Shown piece after piece: positions 17,292 to 27,313 of a DNA stretch of 36,869 bases. Each line of letters starts with the position of its first letter. The stretch's first letter is position 1. Origin of the DNA: Candidatus Uhrbacteria bacterium (GTDB taxonomy: Bacteria; Patescibacteriota; Patescibacteriia; UBA9934). The notes under the pieces are model-generated. The model saw only the letters and a list, made by a program, of their open reading frames with translations, ran no database searches and was not told where the DNA came from. The stretch lies in the NCBI GenBank assembly GCA_023246145.1, contig JAHFIZ010000001.1:1-36869 (forward strand). Direction: 5' to 3'. Position numbers and translations under genes: made by a program.

Positions 17292-18011
17292 ATGGCATTC
17301 GTGATGCGTCAGCTTGAAGTGGTCCCAAAAAATCTTGGGGAAAAACTGAGGACTCTCCGCCGTTCCCAGGCGGTAAGTTTGGAAATGATGGAAAAGATGA
17401 CCCGTGTCCGCCGTCATTATCTGGAGGCCTTGGAGTGGGGGAGATATGATGCTTTGCCGGACCCTTTGTATACAAGAAATTTTATCCGTTCGTACGCCAG
17501 GGCGCTTGGTGCGGATGAAACGTACCTGTTGGAATTGTATGAAGAAGAATCTGGGAGAATAGATTTGCTTGATCCTCATCGCCTGCCCCGTGAACGGGTG
17601 CGTAAAGGAAGTTTTGTGGTTTCTACGCGTCTGTTGAGCGGTATTGCGCTTCTTGTAGTGGTGCTTGGGATGTTTGGCTACCTAGGCAGTCAGGCCTCAC
17701 ACCTCTTGGCTCCGCCTGAGGTCATTGTTTTAAACCCTGTTGACCAGTCCGCTGTTGATTCCGCCCTCCTGCCGGTTACCGGTTATGTGAAAAGTGATGA
17801 GGTGCAGGTCTCTATTAACGGGAAGGACGTAGCGGTGAATGAAGATAAAAGTTTTTCTTTAACGCTAGACCTGACCAGGGGACTGAATGTGATAAAGGTA
17901 GAAGCTAAGCGGCGCTATTCCAGGCCTGCAGTGATCTATAGACGAGTGGTTTTTGATGAAGAGACTGCGGCCACCATAGGTAACGATAAAAAATCGCCAA
18001 ACGGGGGATAA
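17292..18011 (+). CDS. RodZ-like helix-turn-helix membrane protein with extracytoplasmic beta-rich domain
   Basis: The N-terminal HTH is LGEKLRTLRRSQAVSLEMMEKMTRVRRHYLEALEWGRYDALP...YTRNFIRSYARALG. One TM helix follows (LLSGIALLVVVLGMFGYLG). The C-terminus is an Ig-like segment. Confidence 0.6.
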   Translation: MAFVMRQLEVVPKNLGEKLRTLRRSQAVSLEMMEKMTRVRRHYLEALEWGRYDALPDPLYTRNFIRSYARALGADETYLLELYEEESGRIDLLDPHRLPRERVRKGSFVVSTRLLSGIALLVVVLGMFGYLGSQASHLLAPPEVIVLNPVDQSAVDSALLPVTGYVKSDEVQVSINGKDVAVNEDKSFSLTLDLTRGLNVIKVEAKRRYSRPAVIYRRVVFDEETAATIGNDKKSPNGG

Positions 18012-18025
18012 CTTGGATGAAGAAT

Positions 18026-18099
18026 AAAAAAGAGTAGGGTAAACTGTGTTCGCTATCTGTTCGTATAGTGAAAACAGACACAGTTAACCTACTCTTTTT
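18026..18099 (+). promoter_or_regulatory. 22-nt inverted repeat enclosing a -10 element directly upstream of recA
   Basis: AAAAAAGAGTAGGGTAAACTGTGT (18026-18049) is repeated inverted as ACACAGTTAACCTACTCTTTTT (18078-18099), with one indel. The loop contains TATAGT (18064-18069). The right arm ends at the recA ATG. Confidence 0.45.
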
Positions 18100-19152
18100 A
18101 TGGCCAAAGCAAGTTCAAATCCTCGCATCGCGGCTGCCGCTGAGGCGGTTTCACAAATTAAACAACGTTTCGGTGACGGCAGCATTATGCGGTTTGGTGA
18201 CGCGCGTTCTACAAATGTGGACGCGGTTCCTACCGGCTGTCTCTCTCTTGATCTCGCGCTTGGTGCTATGGGCGTCCCGCGCGGCCGTGTGATTGAAATT
18301 TACGGTCCTGAATCCAGCGGTAAAACCACACTCGCCCAGCATATTGTGGCTGAGGTACAGAAGCTTGGTGGGATTGCGGCGTTTATTGATGCTGAGCACG
18401 CACTTGATCCTGACTACGCCCGGAAGATTGGTGTGAACGTAGACGAGCTTTTTATTTCACAGCCTGACACGGGTGAACAGGCGTTGGAAATTGTGGAAAC
18501 TTTGGTGCGTTCTAATGCTATCGATGTCATTGTGGTCGACTCTGTCGCCGCCTTGGTTCCAAAAGCAGAAATTGAAGGAGAGATGGGGGATAGCCACATG
18601 GGACTTCAGGCTCGTCTCATGTCTCAGGCCCTCCGTAAGCTTACGGCTGTTATTTCAAAGACGGGAACAGTACTTATTTTCATCAACCAGATCCGCATGA
18701 AGATTGGTGTCATGTTTGGTAACCCGGAAACAACGCCTGGAGGTAACGCGCTGAAGTTTTACGCTTCCGTGCGTATGGAAATTCGTCGCAATGCGCAGAT
18801 TAAGCAGGGGGAGAAGATTATTGGCAACCGCGTGAAGGTGAAGATTGTAAAGAATAAAGTGGCTCCGCCATTCCGTACGGCAGAATTCGACATCATGTAT
18901 AACGAAGGCATTTCTCTCTCAGGAGATTTGCTTGACCTTGGTGTTGCCGTGGGCACCATTGAGAAGCGCGGGAATTCCTACTTGTTTGGAGAGGAAAAGC
19001 TTGGGGTAGGGCGGGAAGTGGCTAAGCAATATTTGCGTGATCACAAAGAACTCATGGCTACGATGCGTGGTGTCACAAGAGATGCTGCCTTGAAGGCTGA
19101 GGGTGTCATTTCACCTGACGCTCCTAAGGATGACGAGCCGGATGAGATTTAA
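18100..19152 (+). CDS. recA: Recombinase RecA
   Basis: Walker A is [11 protein letters not shown]. Further RecA-type segments are [50 protein letters not shown] and [28 protein letters not shown]. Confidence 0.95.
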   Translation: MAKASSNPRIAAAAEAVSQIKQRFGDGSIMRFGDARSTNVDAVPTGCLSLDLALGAMGVPRGRVIEIYGPESSGKTTLAQHIVAEVQKLGGIAAFIDAEHALDPDYARKIGVNVDELFISQPDTGEQALEIVETLVRSNAIDVIVVDSVAALVPKAEIEGEMGDSHMGLQARLMSQALRKLTAVISKTGTVLIFINQIRMKIGVMFGNPETTPGGNALKFYASVRMEIRRNAQIKQGEKIIGNRVKVKIVKNKVAPPFRTAEFDIMYNEGISLSGDLLDLGVAVGTIEKRGNSYLFGEEKLGVGREVAKQYLRDHKELMATMRGVTRDAALKAEGVISPDAPKDDEPDEI

Positions 19153-19214
19153 GGTGCATAAAGGCCTTCCATCCTAGGCTTGATGGGGGTAGAAAGAAGT
19201 GGTAAGGTAATAGC

Positions 19215-19378
19215 CTCCCGCTTGAACGTTGCGGGGTAAGACGTATTTTCCAAAGTCAGATTCGTGTCCGAACGGCGCGGCAGGGTTCGCCTGTCCGCGT
19301 GATCTCTCTCCTTCGTTCTCACACATGGACCTGACTGATGAATTTTGCTGTTCTTATCCTGCGACTTTCCGGCGGGAG
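19215..19378 (-). ncRNA. Possible structured RNA of unknown class (weak)
   Basis: On the minus strand a GATAAT -10-like box (plus 19383-19388) precedes a closing helix CTCCCGC (19378-19372) / GCGGGAG (19221-19215). Inside are GGAAAGTC (19370-19363) and its complement GACTTT (19257-19252). At ~164 nt it is too short for RNase P, and I can assign no class. Confidence 0.2.
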
Positions 19379-19429
19379 TTTTATTATCCAAATTCTTGTA
19401 CATTATTTTGCATTTGTTACACTTTGCAT

Positions 19430-19760
19430 ACTCGCATCCTCGGAGTTCGCTGACTTAGGCCGGGGGACGAAGATTGGCTTCTTCCTCCCTTGATCATATC
19501 GCCGGCCATTAAACTGAGTTGGCACCGCTAAAAGCCTCGGTCGCTTAGGCCGGGCTCCTTGACTGGCGTTGGGCCAGTAAGAGGGGGCCTGTCGTGATGC
19601 CGGCAGGAACTTTCGACCAAACGAGGGGCGACAGGGGTCTGCAAGCGAGAGCTTTCAGGACTTGTCATAGACGGAGTCGCGCAAGTGATCTCCGACTAAT
19701 GTTCCTCACTCGGGCGCTCTCCAGGGGTCTCATCCCCCTGGAGAGCGCCGCTTCTTTTTT
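19430..19760 (+). ncRNA. Candidate ~330-nt structured RNA of unknown class
   Basis: A promoter-like TTGTAC (19396-19401)-16 nt-TACACT (19418-19423) lies upstream. The G+C-rich interior has many local helices and an internal repeat CCTCGG..TCGCT..TTAGGCCGGG at about 19438 and about 19534. It ends in a perfect 15-bp terminator. No credible ORF is present. Confidence 0.35.
19713..19760 (+). terminator. Strong rho-independent terminator
   Basis: GGCGCTCTCCAGGGG (19713-19727) pairs perfectly with CCCCTGGAGAGCGCC (19735-19749). The loop is 7 nt and is followed by GCTTCTTTTTT. Confidence 0.8.
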
Positions 19761-19801
19761 AGGCCTCCCTGGGACAGAAAATAACCTATTCACCCCGGGC
19801 G

Positions 19802-19830
19802 TTGACGGCCTCTGAGAAGCCTGCTACAAT
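19802..19830 (+). promoter_or_regulatory. Sigma70-like promoter for rpoBC
   Basis: The site reads TTGACG (19802-19807)-17 nt-TACAAT (19825-19830). It gives a ~190-nt leader. The leader's last hairpin (GGCACCTT/AAGGTGTC, about 19991-20014) sequesters the AAGGTG SD. Confidence 0.55.
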
Positions 19831-20025
19831 CGCGCTCACGCGCGTTAACCCAAGCTGTGTCAGTCAAACATAGCTAAGCGTAGCCAAAAATCTTCACTCG
19901 TCGGGCATGCTTTTCACCCAGCTGTCTACTGCCATTGTCCGGGAAACCGGCATTCGCGGGGATGGATCGCACGAGAAATAAGAACATAGTCGGCACCTTT
20001 TAAATGAAGGTGTCATTTGCGTTTT

Positions 20026-23000
20026 ATGCCAAAAACAAGCTCTAAGACCCCGGTTCAATTTGGAAACCGCAAAGCATTCACGCCAGTCAACATGGCCATG
20101 GATCTTCCGGACCTCATTGCGGTCCAGAAGGCCTCCTATGACTGGTATTTACAGGATGGTATCCGGGAACTCTTTAATGAGATCTCGCCTATCAAGGATT
20201 TTATTGGTCGTGATCTGGAGCTTTCGCTCACGGATTACTATTTGGATGAGGCAAAATTCGATGAAGCCACATCCCGCGCCAAGAACGTGACCTATGAGGC
20301 CCCGCTCCGCGTGAAGGCGCTTTTGAAGAACCTCCGTACAAACGAGACCAAGGAACAGGAGATTTACTTGGGTGACCTGCCGGTCATGACGCCGCGCGGT
20401 ACGTTTATTGTGAACGGCGTAGAGCGTGTGGTGGTTTCTCAGCTTGTTCGTTCTGCTGGTGCATTCTTTACGGCAGAAGTGATGCGCGGCCGCCGCTACT
20501 ACGGTGCCAAGATCATTCCTAACCGTGGCGCTTGGCTTGAATTTGAAACAGATGCCAAGAACGTGATCTGGGTAAAGATTGACCGTAAGCGTAAGGTGGC
20601 CGTAACGGCCCTCATGCGCGCCTTTGGTTACGGTTCAAATGAAGAAATTTTGGCCCAGTTCAAGGACGTGGATATTCACCCGCTCATTAAGTACATTGAA
20701 GCCACGCTTTCAAAAGATATCTCTTCAAATGAAGAGGAAGGCTTGCGTGAGGTATACAAGCGTATTCGCCCGGGTGATTTGGCTACTGCGGATAACGCTC
20801 GTTCCCTCATCCACGCCATGTTCTTCAACTTTGACCGCTATGACCTGGGCGCCGTAGGACGCTATAAGTTCAATTTGCGCTTCGGCAAAGAAGAAACTGC
20901 GCATGATGACGTCATGGATGAAACGCGCCGCATTTTGACCAAGGAAGATTTGGTCATGATTGTGCAGGAAATCATCCGCTCAAACATTGATCAGTCAGAA
21001 CCAGATGACGTGGACCACCTTGGCAACCGTCGTATTCGTTCTGTAGGCGAACTTTTGCAGTCTCGCTTCCGCATTGGTCTCGCTCGCATGGAGCGCATTG
21101 TGAAGGACCGCATGTCTACGCAAGATATTGACACCCTGACGCCAGGAAAACTCATTAATGCTCGTCCAGTCATTGGTGCGGTGCGTGAGTTCTTCATGTC
21201 TTCCCAGCTTTCTCAGTTCATGGACCAGACCAACCCACTGGCTGAGCTTGAACACAAGCGCCGCTTGTCCGCTATGGGTCCAGGAGGACTCTCCCGTGAA
21301 CGCGCTGGCTTTGAAGTCCGCGACGTACACACCACCCACTACGGCCGCATCTGTCCTATTGCTACTCCTGAAGGTCCGAACATCGGACTTGTGGGCCACT
21401 TGGCGTCTTACGCTAAGGTGAACACCTACGGATTTATTGAGACGCCGTACCGCAAGGTGGTACTCGTGAAGGGCAAGCCACAGGCTACGCAGGAAATTAT
21501 TTACTTGAACGCTTTTACAGAAGAAAAGGCCATCACCTGTCCGGCTACTGCTCGTATTGATGAGGACGGCTTCCTTTTGGATGAATACGTAGAAGCCAGA
21601 AAGTTTGGCGAACCACGTTTGGTACCGGCCAATGAGGTGAACTACATGGACGTATCTCCTACGCAGATTATTTCCATTGGTACGGCGCTCATTCCATTCC
21701 TTGAGCATGATGACGCTACGCGCGCCCTCATGGGAACGAACATGCAACGCCAGGCTGTGCCTACCATCCGTCCGCAGGCTCCGCTTGTGGGTACCGGCAT
21801 GGAACACCGCGCTGCGGTGGACTCCGGCCACGTACTTATTGCTGAAGAAGATGGAACAGTTTTGGAAGCTGACGGCGTGAAGATTAAAGTGGACTACAAG
21901 GATAAAGGCCTTGTTACCTATAAGCTCACCAAGTACTTGCGTTCCAACAACTCCACCGCTATTACCCAGCGCCCAACCATTCTTCCTGGCATCAAGGTGA
22001 AGAAGGGGGATGTGATGGCTGATGGTCCTTCCGTTGAAAATGGAGAGTTGGCACTCGGCCAGAACATGCTCGTGGCCTTCATGAGCTGGGACGGCTATAA
22101 CTATGAAGACGCTGTCATTGTTTCTGAGCGTGTAGTTCAGGATGACCGTTTCACCACCATCCACTTGGAGCACCTGACGCTGGATGTTCGTGACACCAAG
22201 CTCGGACCTGAAGTGGTAACGAGCGATATTCCAAACGTTTCTGAAGAGAAACTGAAGAACTTGGACGTGGAAGGCATTATCCGCACCGGTGCTGAGGTAA
22301 AGAGCGGAGACATTCTGGTAGGAAAGATCACGCCTAAGGGCGAGACTGAGCTTTCTGCTGAAGAGAAACTTCTGCGCGCCATTTTTGGAGACAAGGCCCG
22401 CGATGTTCGTGACTCTTCCTTGTATCTTGAACACGGCCGCAAAGGAAAAGTGGTAGACGTGAAGATTTTCTCCCGTGAGGAAGGAGATAACCTGCCGCCA
22501 GGAGTAATCAAGTCTATTCAGGTCACTATCGCTGACCTGCGTAAGCTTCAGGCTGGAGATAAGGTGGCTGGTCGCCACGGAAACAAGGGTGTGGTTTCTA
22601 TTGTGGTGCCGGTTGAAGACATGCCATTTACGGCTGAAGGTAGACCGGTAGATGTGGTTTTGACCCCACTCGGTGTGGTTTCCCGTATGAACTTGGGTCA
22701 GATTCTTGAGGTGCACCTTGGACTTGCTGCTGAGCGCCTTGGCTTCCGTGCAGCTACTCCGGTGTTTGCTGGAGCTCCTGCACAGGCTATTCGTGAGCAA
22801 TTGGTTCAGGCTGGTTACCCGGAGAGCGGACAGATTCGCCTCCATGATGGTCGTACCGGTGAAATGTTTGATAACCCGGTTACCGTGGGCATCATGTACA
22901 TGCTGAAGCTGAACCACATGGTGGAAGACAAGATGCACCAGCGCTCTATTGGTCCGTACTCGCTCATCACCCAGCAGCCGCTTGGTGGTAAAGCACAGTT

Positions 23001-23280
23001 TGGTGGCCAGCGTTTTGGAGAAATGGAAGTTTGGGCTCTGGAAGCTTACGGTGCAGCGCATACGCTCCAGGAAATTCTCACCATTAAGTCTGATGACGTT
23101 CCAGGACGCGCCAAGGCGTACGAGTCCATTATTAAGGGCGACATGATCACCAAGGTGAACATTCCGGAATCTTTTAATGTCTTGATCCGTGAATTGAAGG
23201 GTCTTGGCTTGGACGTAGAACTTCTCAAAAACAACCGCAAGGTAGAACTTGGAGACGGTGGTTCTCCTCGAAAATCATAA
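20026..23280 (+). CDS. rpoB: DNA-directed RNA polymerase subunit beta
   Basis: Full-length RpoB similarity is evident by eye ([69 protein letters not shown]). The ATG at 20026 is preferred over the TTG at 20017. Confidence 0.95.
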   Translation: MPKTSSKTPVQFGNRKAFTPVNMAMDLPDLIAVQKASYDWYLQDGIRELFNEISPIKDFIGRDLELSLTDYYLDEAKFDEATSRAKNVTYEAPLRVKALLKNLRTNETKEQEIYLGDLPVMTPRGTFIVNGVERVVVSQLVRSAGAFFTAEVMRGRRYYGAKIIPNRGAWLEFETDAKNVIWVKIDRKRKVAVTALMRAFGYGSNEEILAQFKDVDIHPLIKYIEATLSKDISSNEEEGLREVYKRIRPGDLATADNARSLIHAMFFNFDRYDLGAVGRYKFNLRFGKEETAHDDVMDETRRILTKEDLVMIVQEIIRSNIDQSEPDDVDHLGNRRIRSVGELLQSRFRIGLARMERIVKDRMSTQDIDTLTPGKLINARPVIGAVREFFMSSQLSQFMDQTNPLAELEHKRRLSAMGPGGLSRERAGFEVRDVHTTHYGRICPIATPEGPNIGLVGHLASYAKVNTYGFIETPYRKVVLVKGKPQATQEIIYLNAFTEEKAITCPATARIDEDGFLLDEYVEARKFGEPRLVPANEVNYMDVSPTQIISIGTALIPFLEHDDATRALMGTNMQRQAVPTIRPQAPLVGTGMEHRAAVDSGHVLIAEEDGTVLEADGVKIKVDYKDKGLVTYKLTKYLRSNNSTAITQRPTILPGIKVKKGDVMADGPSVENGELALGQNMLVAFMSWDGYNYEDAVIVSERVVQDDRFTTIHLEHLTLDVRDTKLGPEVVTSDIPNVSEEKLKNLDVEGIIRTGAEVKSGDILVGKITPKGETELSAEEKLLRAIFGDKARDVRDSSLYLEHGRKGKVVDVKIFSREEGDNLPPGVIKSIQVTIADLRKLQAGDKVAGRHGNKGVVSIVVPVEDMPFTAEGRPVDVVLTPLGVVSRMNLGQILEVHLGLAAERLGFRAATPVFAGAPAQAIREQLVQAGYPESGQIRLHDGRTGEMFDNPVTVGIMYMLKLNHMVEDKMHQRSIGPYSLITQQPLGGKAQFGGQRFGEMEVWALEAYGAAHTLQEILTIKSDDVPGRAKAYESIIKGDMITKVNIPESFNVLIRELKGLGLDVELLKNNRKVELGDGGSPRKS

Positions 23281-23284
23281 ATAT

Positions 23285-26200
23285 ATGGCAATGAAATTCG
23301 AAACATTAAAGTCCACGGACTTTGATTCCATCCGCCTCAAGGTTGCGTCACCTGACGTGATCCGCAGCTGGTCCTACGGTGAAGTCACCAAACCGGAGAC
23401 CATCAACTACCGCACCCAGAAGCCTGAAAAGCAGGGTCTCTTTGCGGAAGAAATTTTTGGACCATCCAAAGACTGGGAGTGTTACTGCGGAAAGTACAAA
23501 AAGATCCGCTATAAGGGCATTGTTTGTGATAAATGTGGCGTGGAAGTCACGCAGTCATCCGTTCGCCGTGAACGCATGGGCCACATTGAGCTCGCTGCCC
23601 CGGTAACGCACATTTGGTTCTTGCGCGGTGTCCCTTCTAAGATTGGTACCGTGCTTGATCTTGGTGTTCAGGCCATTGAAAAGGTGGTCTACTTCGGTGC
23701 TTTCATGATTACGGACGTGAATGAGGAAGCCCGCATCCAGACTATTGAACAGGTGAAGGAAGAATATAAGGCTAAAAAGAAGATGATTGAGGGGGAGAAG
23801 AAGCGTGATACGGAGCGTTTGGCCGAAAAGTTTGAAGGTAAGAAGGATGAACTTAAGGCCGAAATTGCCCGCATTGAAGCTATCGCTGACGCCAAGCTTG
23901 AGGAGTTGGAAGCTGACTTCATTCAGGTTGATAAGGACTTGAAGGAAATCGCTCCGCTTAAAGTTATTTCAGAAGCTACGTATCATGACTGGTCCATGCG
24001 CTATGGCCATGTGTTTGATGCCGGGATTGGTGCTGAAGCTATCACCAAGCTCTTGGATCGCATCAACATTTCTGAAACCATCAAGAAATTGACGGAAGAA
24101 TTGGCAGCTACAAGCTCCAAGGCCAAGTATGACCGCATCATGCGCCGCTTGAAGCTTTTCCGTGCGCTTGAAAAGAACGGCGTGCAGTCTTCTTGGATGA
24201 TCATGAAGGTTTTGCCAGTCATCCCACCAGATTTGCGCCCTATGGTGCCGCTTGATGGTGGACGTTTTGCTACGTCTGATTTGAACGATCTTTACCGTCG
24301 TGTCATTAACCGTAACAACCGTCTCCGCCGCCTCTTCTCTTTGAACGCGCCGGAAGTTATTACGCGTAATGAAAAGCGCATGCTTCAGGAGGCTGTTGAC
24401 GCGCTTATTGATAACTCCGCTCGCCAGTCAAAGACGGTTATTGCCGCTACCGGTAAGAAGCGTCAGTTGAAGTCTTTGGCAGACATCTTGAAGGGTAAAC
24501 AGGGTCGTTTCCGCCAGAACCTTTTGGGTAAGCGTATCGATTATTCGGGACGTTCCGTTATTGTGGTGGGTCCGCATTTGCAGCTCGACCAGTGCGGTAT
24601 TCCAAAGAAGATGGCACTTGAGCTTTTCCGTCCGTTTGTTATCAGCAAGCTCATTGCCCGTGAATACGTACATAACATCCGTTCCGCCAACCGCTTTATT
24701 GAAGGGGATCGTCCAGAAGTTTGGGATATCTTGGAAGAAGTCACGGCAGACAGCTTTGTGCTTCTGAACCGCGCTCCTACGCTTCACCGTCTGGGTATTC
24801 AGGCTTTCCGTCCAAAGCTTGTAGAAGGAAAGGCTATTAAGATCCATCCTCTGGTTTGTGAAGCGTATAACGCTGACTTTGACGGAGACCAAATGGCCGT
24901 GCACGTTCCGCTTACTGCAGAAGCTCGCTATGAAGCGGAGCACATCATGCTTTCCATCCGTAACCTCTTGAAGCCATCTTTTGGTGGTCCGGTTACTACG
25001 GCTGGTAAAGATATTGCTTGGGCTTCCTTCTATCTCACCATGACGCTCACGGAGCCTGATGAGAAGACCATGAAGTCATTCGCAGACAAGACTGAGGCTA
25101 TGTATGCTCTGAAGCAGGGCGCCATTAAGTATCAGGATTGGATCCGTGTCCGCATGGATAACGGTGAGCGTATTGTGACTACGGCTGGACGTATCATCAT
25201 GAACCAGGTCTTCCCAGAGAAGGTGGGCTATCAGAACAAGATTCTTGGTAAGAAAGAGCTCGCTAACATCATCCGTGATGTTTTGGAGTACTACGGCCAG
25301 GAGTTCACGGCGCGCATTCTTGATGAACTCAAGGAACTGGGTTTTGAATACGCTACGCGTTCGGGTTACTCTTACAGCATGCACGGTTTGCCGGATGTTC
25401 CAGGAAAGGCCGAGATTATTCTTGAAGGTGACAAGCGCATCTTGGAGATTGAAGATTACTTCGCCCAGGGACTTTTGACTCAGAGTGAACGTCACAGCCA
25501 GGTCATTAAGGTTTGGACAGACGTGAAGGACCGCATTGCGGAACTTTCTAAGAACATCATGCCTAAGGACAGCTCTGCCTACACCATGATTGAATCTGGT
25601 GCTCGTGGCGCTTGGGGTCAGTTGACCCAGACCATCGGTATGATTGGTTTGAAGACCTCTCCTTCTGGAGACATTATTGAGCTCCCTGTGAAATCCTCCT
25701 TCAAGGACGGTGTTTCCGTGCTGGAGTTCTTCATCTCTTCACACGGTGTGCGTAAGGGTCTTACAGACACCGCTCTGAAGACGGCTAACGCTGGTTACCT
25801 CACCCGCCGTTTGGTGGATGTGGCGCAGGACGTAGTAGTTCGCCTTGAAGATTGTGGTGATGATTTGGGTGTGGTTTTGACCAAAGCTGAATCTGATGAA
25901 ATTGGTGAGGCGCTCCTCATTCGTATCTTGGGACGCTTTGCCCTGTCTGACGTGAAGCTTCCGGGCGGCCGCAAGGCAATTATTAAGGCTGGCGAGCTCA
26001 TCACTGAAGATCATATTCGTGAATTGAAGGAAGCGGGTACGGAGTTGGAAGAAGCTCATGTACGCTCCGTGATGACCTGTAAGGTACGCCGCGGCGTCTG
26101 TCAGAAGTGTTACGGCTATGACTTGGCGTACAACAAGCTCGTGAAGATGGGTACTGCCGTAGGTATTATGGCTGCGCAGTCCATTGGTGAACCGGGAACG

Positions 26201-27313
26201 CAGCTCACCATGCGTACCTTCCATACGGGAGGTGTGGCTGGAAAAGATATTACGCAGGGTCTTCCACGTGTTGAAGAACTCTTTGAGGCACGTCTCCCTA
26301 AGCGTAAGGCCATCATGACGGAAGTCTCCGGCAAGGTGGAGCTTGAAAAGGCGGAACGCACTGTGGTCCAGGCAGGAACCGGAAAAGAAATCGTAGATAC
26401 CACGCCTGGCCAGAAGATTGTGCGCGTGCGCTATGACGCTATAGAGGAAAAGCCGTTCGTCATTGGACGTGGTGCCAAGATCTCCGTGAAGGAAGGAGAA
26501 AAGGTACAGGCCGGAGATGTTATTGCTGAAAAGACAAGCGGTGAAAAGATTGTGACGGATGTGGGCGGTGTTGTGAAACTGGTGAAGACTTCCGTTCTCG
26601 TGCTTCATGAGGCTGAAAAGATTCGTGAATACATCATCCCGCACGGTTACACCATGTACGTGAAGGAAGGTGATCAGGTTTTGGCCGGTGACGCTTTGAC
26701 GGACGGTCACTTGGACCTCCAGGCGCTCTTTAAGGCCAAGGGCCAGTACGCCGTGCAGCTTTATCTCTCTAAGGAAATGCAGTTCATTTACTCTTCACAG
26801 GGTCAGAAGCTGAACAACAAGCATATTGAGGTCATGATCCGTCAGATGTTCTCCCGCGCCCGCATCATGGACCCGGGTGATACAGATCTTCTTCCAGGAG
26901 AAGTGGTGGAGAAGGCAGCGCTTTTGGACGAACAGGAGCGTATGGAAACCACCGGCGGAAAGATTGCTGAGTTTGAACAGTTGCTGCTTGGTGTGACCAA
27001 GGTTTCCCTTTCTACGGAAAGCTGGTTGTCATCCGCATCCTTCCAGGAAACGGCTCGCGTGCTTATTAACGCCGCTGTGACCGGAAAGATTGATGAGCTG
27101 GCAGGTCTTAAGGAAAACGTTATCATTGGCCGCTTGATTCCAAGCGGTACCGGATTCCCGGGCAATGAAGTGGTCCTGGATATCCCAACTCCTGCTGAAC
27201 CTGTTTCAGCCACTCCAGAAATCATGACGGAAATTGCTGCCGCAGGTCCTCAGGTAGGGGACTTGGCCGCAACAGAAGAGCGCATGGTGGAAGTGAAAGA
27301 GAAGGGGGACTAA
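23285..27313 (+). CDS. rpoC: DNA-directed RNA polymerase subunit beta'
   Basis: The zinc motif is CYCGKYKKIRYKGIVCDKCG, the catalytic motif is YNADFDGDQMAVH, and GEPGTQLTMRTFHTGG is also present. The ATG at 23285 follows the rpoB stop, and the ORF-track start at 23249 overlaps rpoB. Confidence 0.95.
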   Translation: MAMKFETLKSTDFDSIRLKVASPDVIRSWSYGEVTKPETINYRTQKPEKQGLFAEEIFGPSKDWECYCGKYKKIRYKGIVCDKCGVEVTQSSVRRERMGHIELAAPVTHIWFLRGVPSKIGTVLDLGVQAIEKVVYFGAFMITDVNEEARIQTIEQVKEEYKAKKKMIEGEKKRDTERLAEKFEGKKDELKAEIARIEAIADAKLEELEADFIQVDKDLKEIAPLKVISEATYHDWSMRYGHVFDAGIGAEAITKLLDRINISETIKKLTEELAATSSKAKYDRIMRRLKLFRALEKNGVQSSWMIMKVLPVIPPDLRPMVPLDGGRFATSDLNDLYRRVINRNNRLRRLFSLNAPEVITRNEKRMLQEAVDALIDNSARQSKTVIAATGKKRQLKSLADILKGKQGRFRQNLLGKRIDYSGRSVIVVGPHLQLDQCGIPKKMALELFRPFVISKLIAREYVHNIRSANRFIEGDRPEVWDILEEVTADSFVLLNRAPTLHRLGIQAFRPKLVEGKAIKIHPLVCEAYNADFDGDQMAVHVPLTAEARYEAEHIMLSIRNLLKPSFGGPVTTAGKDIAWASFYLTMTLTEPDEKTMKSFADKTEAMYALKQGAIKYQDWIRVRMDNGERIVTTAGRIIMNQVFPEKVGYQNKILGKKELANIIRDVLEYYGQEFTARILDELKELGFEYATRSGYSYSMHGLPDVPGKAEIILEGDKRILEIEDYFAQGLLTQSERHSQVIKVWTDVKDRIAELSKNIMPKDSSAYTMIESGARGAWGQLTQTIGMIGLKTSPSGDIIELPVKSSFKDGVSVLEFFISSHGVRKGLTDTALKTANAGYLTRRLVDVAQDVVVRLEDCGDDLGVVLTKAESDEIGEALLIRILGRFALSDVKLPGGRKAIIKAGELITEDHIRELKEAGTELEEAHVRSVMTCKVRRGVCQKCYGYDLAYNKLVKMGTAVGIMAAQSIGEPGTQLTMRTFHTGGVAGKDITQGLPRVEELFEARLPKRKAIMTEVSGKVELEKAERTVVQAGTGKEIVDTTPGQKIVRVRYDAIEEKPFVIGRGAKISVKEGEKVQAGDVIAEKTSGEKIVTDVGGVVKLVKTSVLVLHEAEKIREYIIPHGYTMYVKEGDQVLAGDALTDGHLDLQALFKAKGQYAVQLYLSKEMQFIYSSQGQKLNNKHIEVMIRQMFSRARIMDPGDTDLLPGEVVEKAALLDEQERMETTGGKIAEFEQLLLGVTKVSLSTESWLSSASFQETARVLINAAVTGKIDELAGLKENVIIGRLIPSGTGFPGNEVVLDIPTPAEPVSATPEIMTEIAAAGPQVGDLAATEERMVEVKEKGD

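Noticed and set aside
18040-18085. LexA/SOS box upstream of recA
   Set aside because: I looked for CTGT-N8-ACAG and GAAC-N4-GTTC. Only CTGT...ACAG at non-canonical spacing, as part of the larger inverted repeat, was found.
19215-19378. Calling this RNase P RNA or SRP RNA
   Set aside because: At ~164 nt it is too short for bacterial RNase P RNA. The CR-II/III/IV motifs were not found, and ACACGAA deviates from ACAGAA. The SRP-like GTCAGGTCC is not followed by a GNRA tetraloop and AGCAGC.
19594-19815. 73-aa ORF in the recA-rpoB spacer
   Set aside because: It has a GTG start without an SD and reads straight through the perfect 15-bp terminator stem and the rpoB -35 box.
20995-23061. 688-aa ORF antisense to rpoB
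   Set aside because: It is in exact codon register with rpoB (both codon sets start at positions congruent to 1 mod 3). An antisense stop therefore requires a sense TTA, CTA or TCA codon. The ORF simply shows that rpoB avoids these three codons over ~689 codons, ending at a sense TCA at 20995-20997. It has no start context and its composition is not protein-like.
25739-26710. 323-aa ORF antisense to rpoC
   Set aside because: This is the same codon-register artefact as in rpoB (both congruent to 2 mod 3). It lies entirely inside a highly conserved gene.
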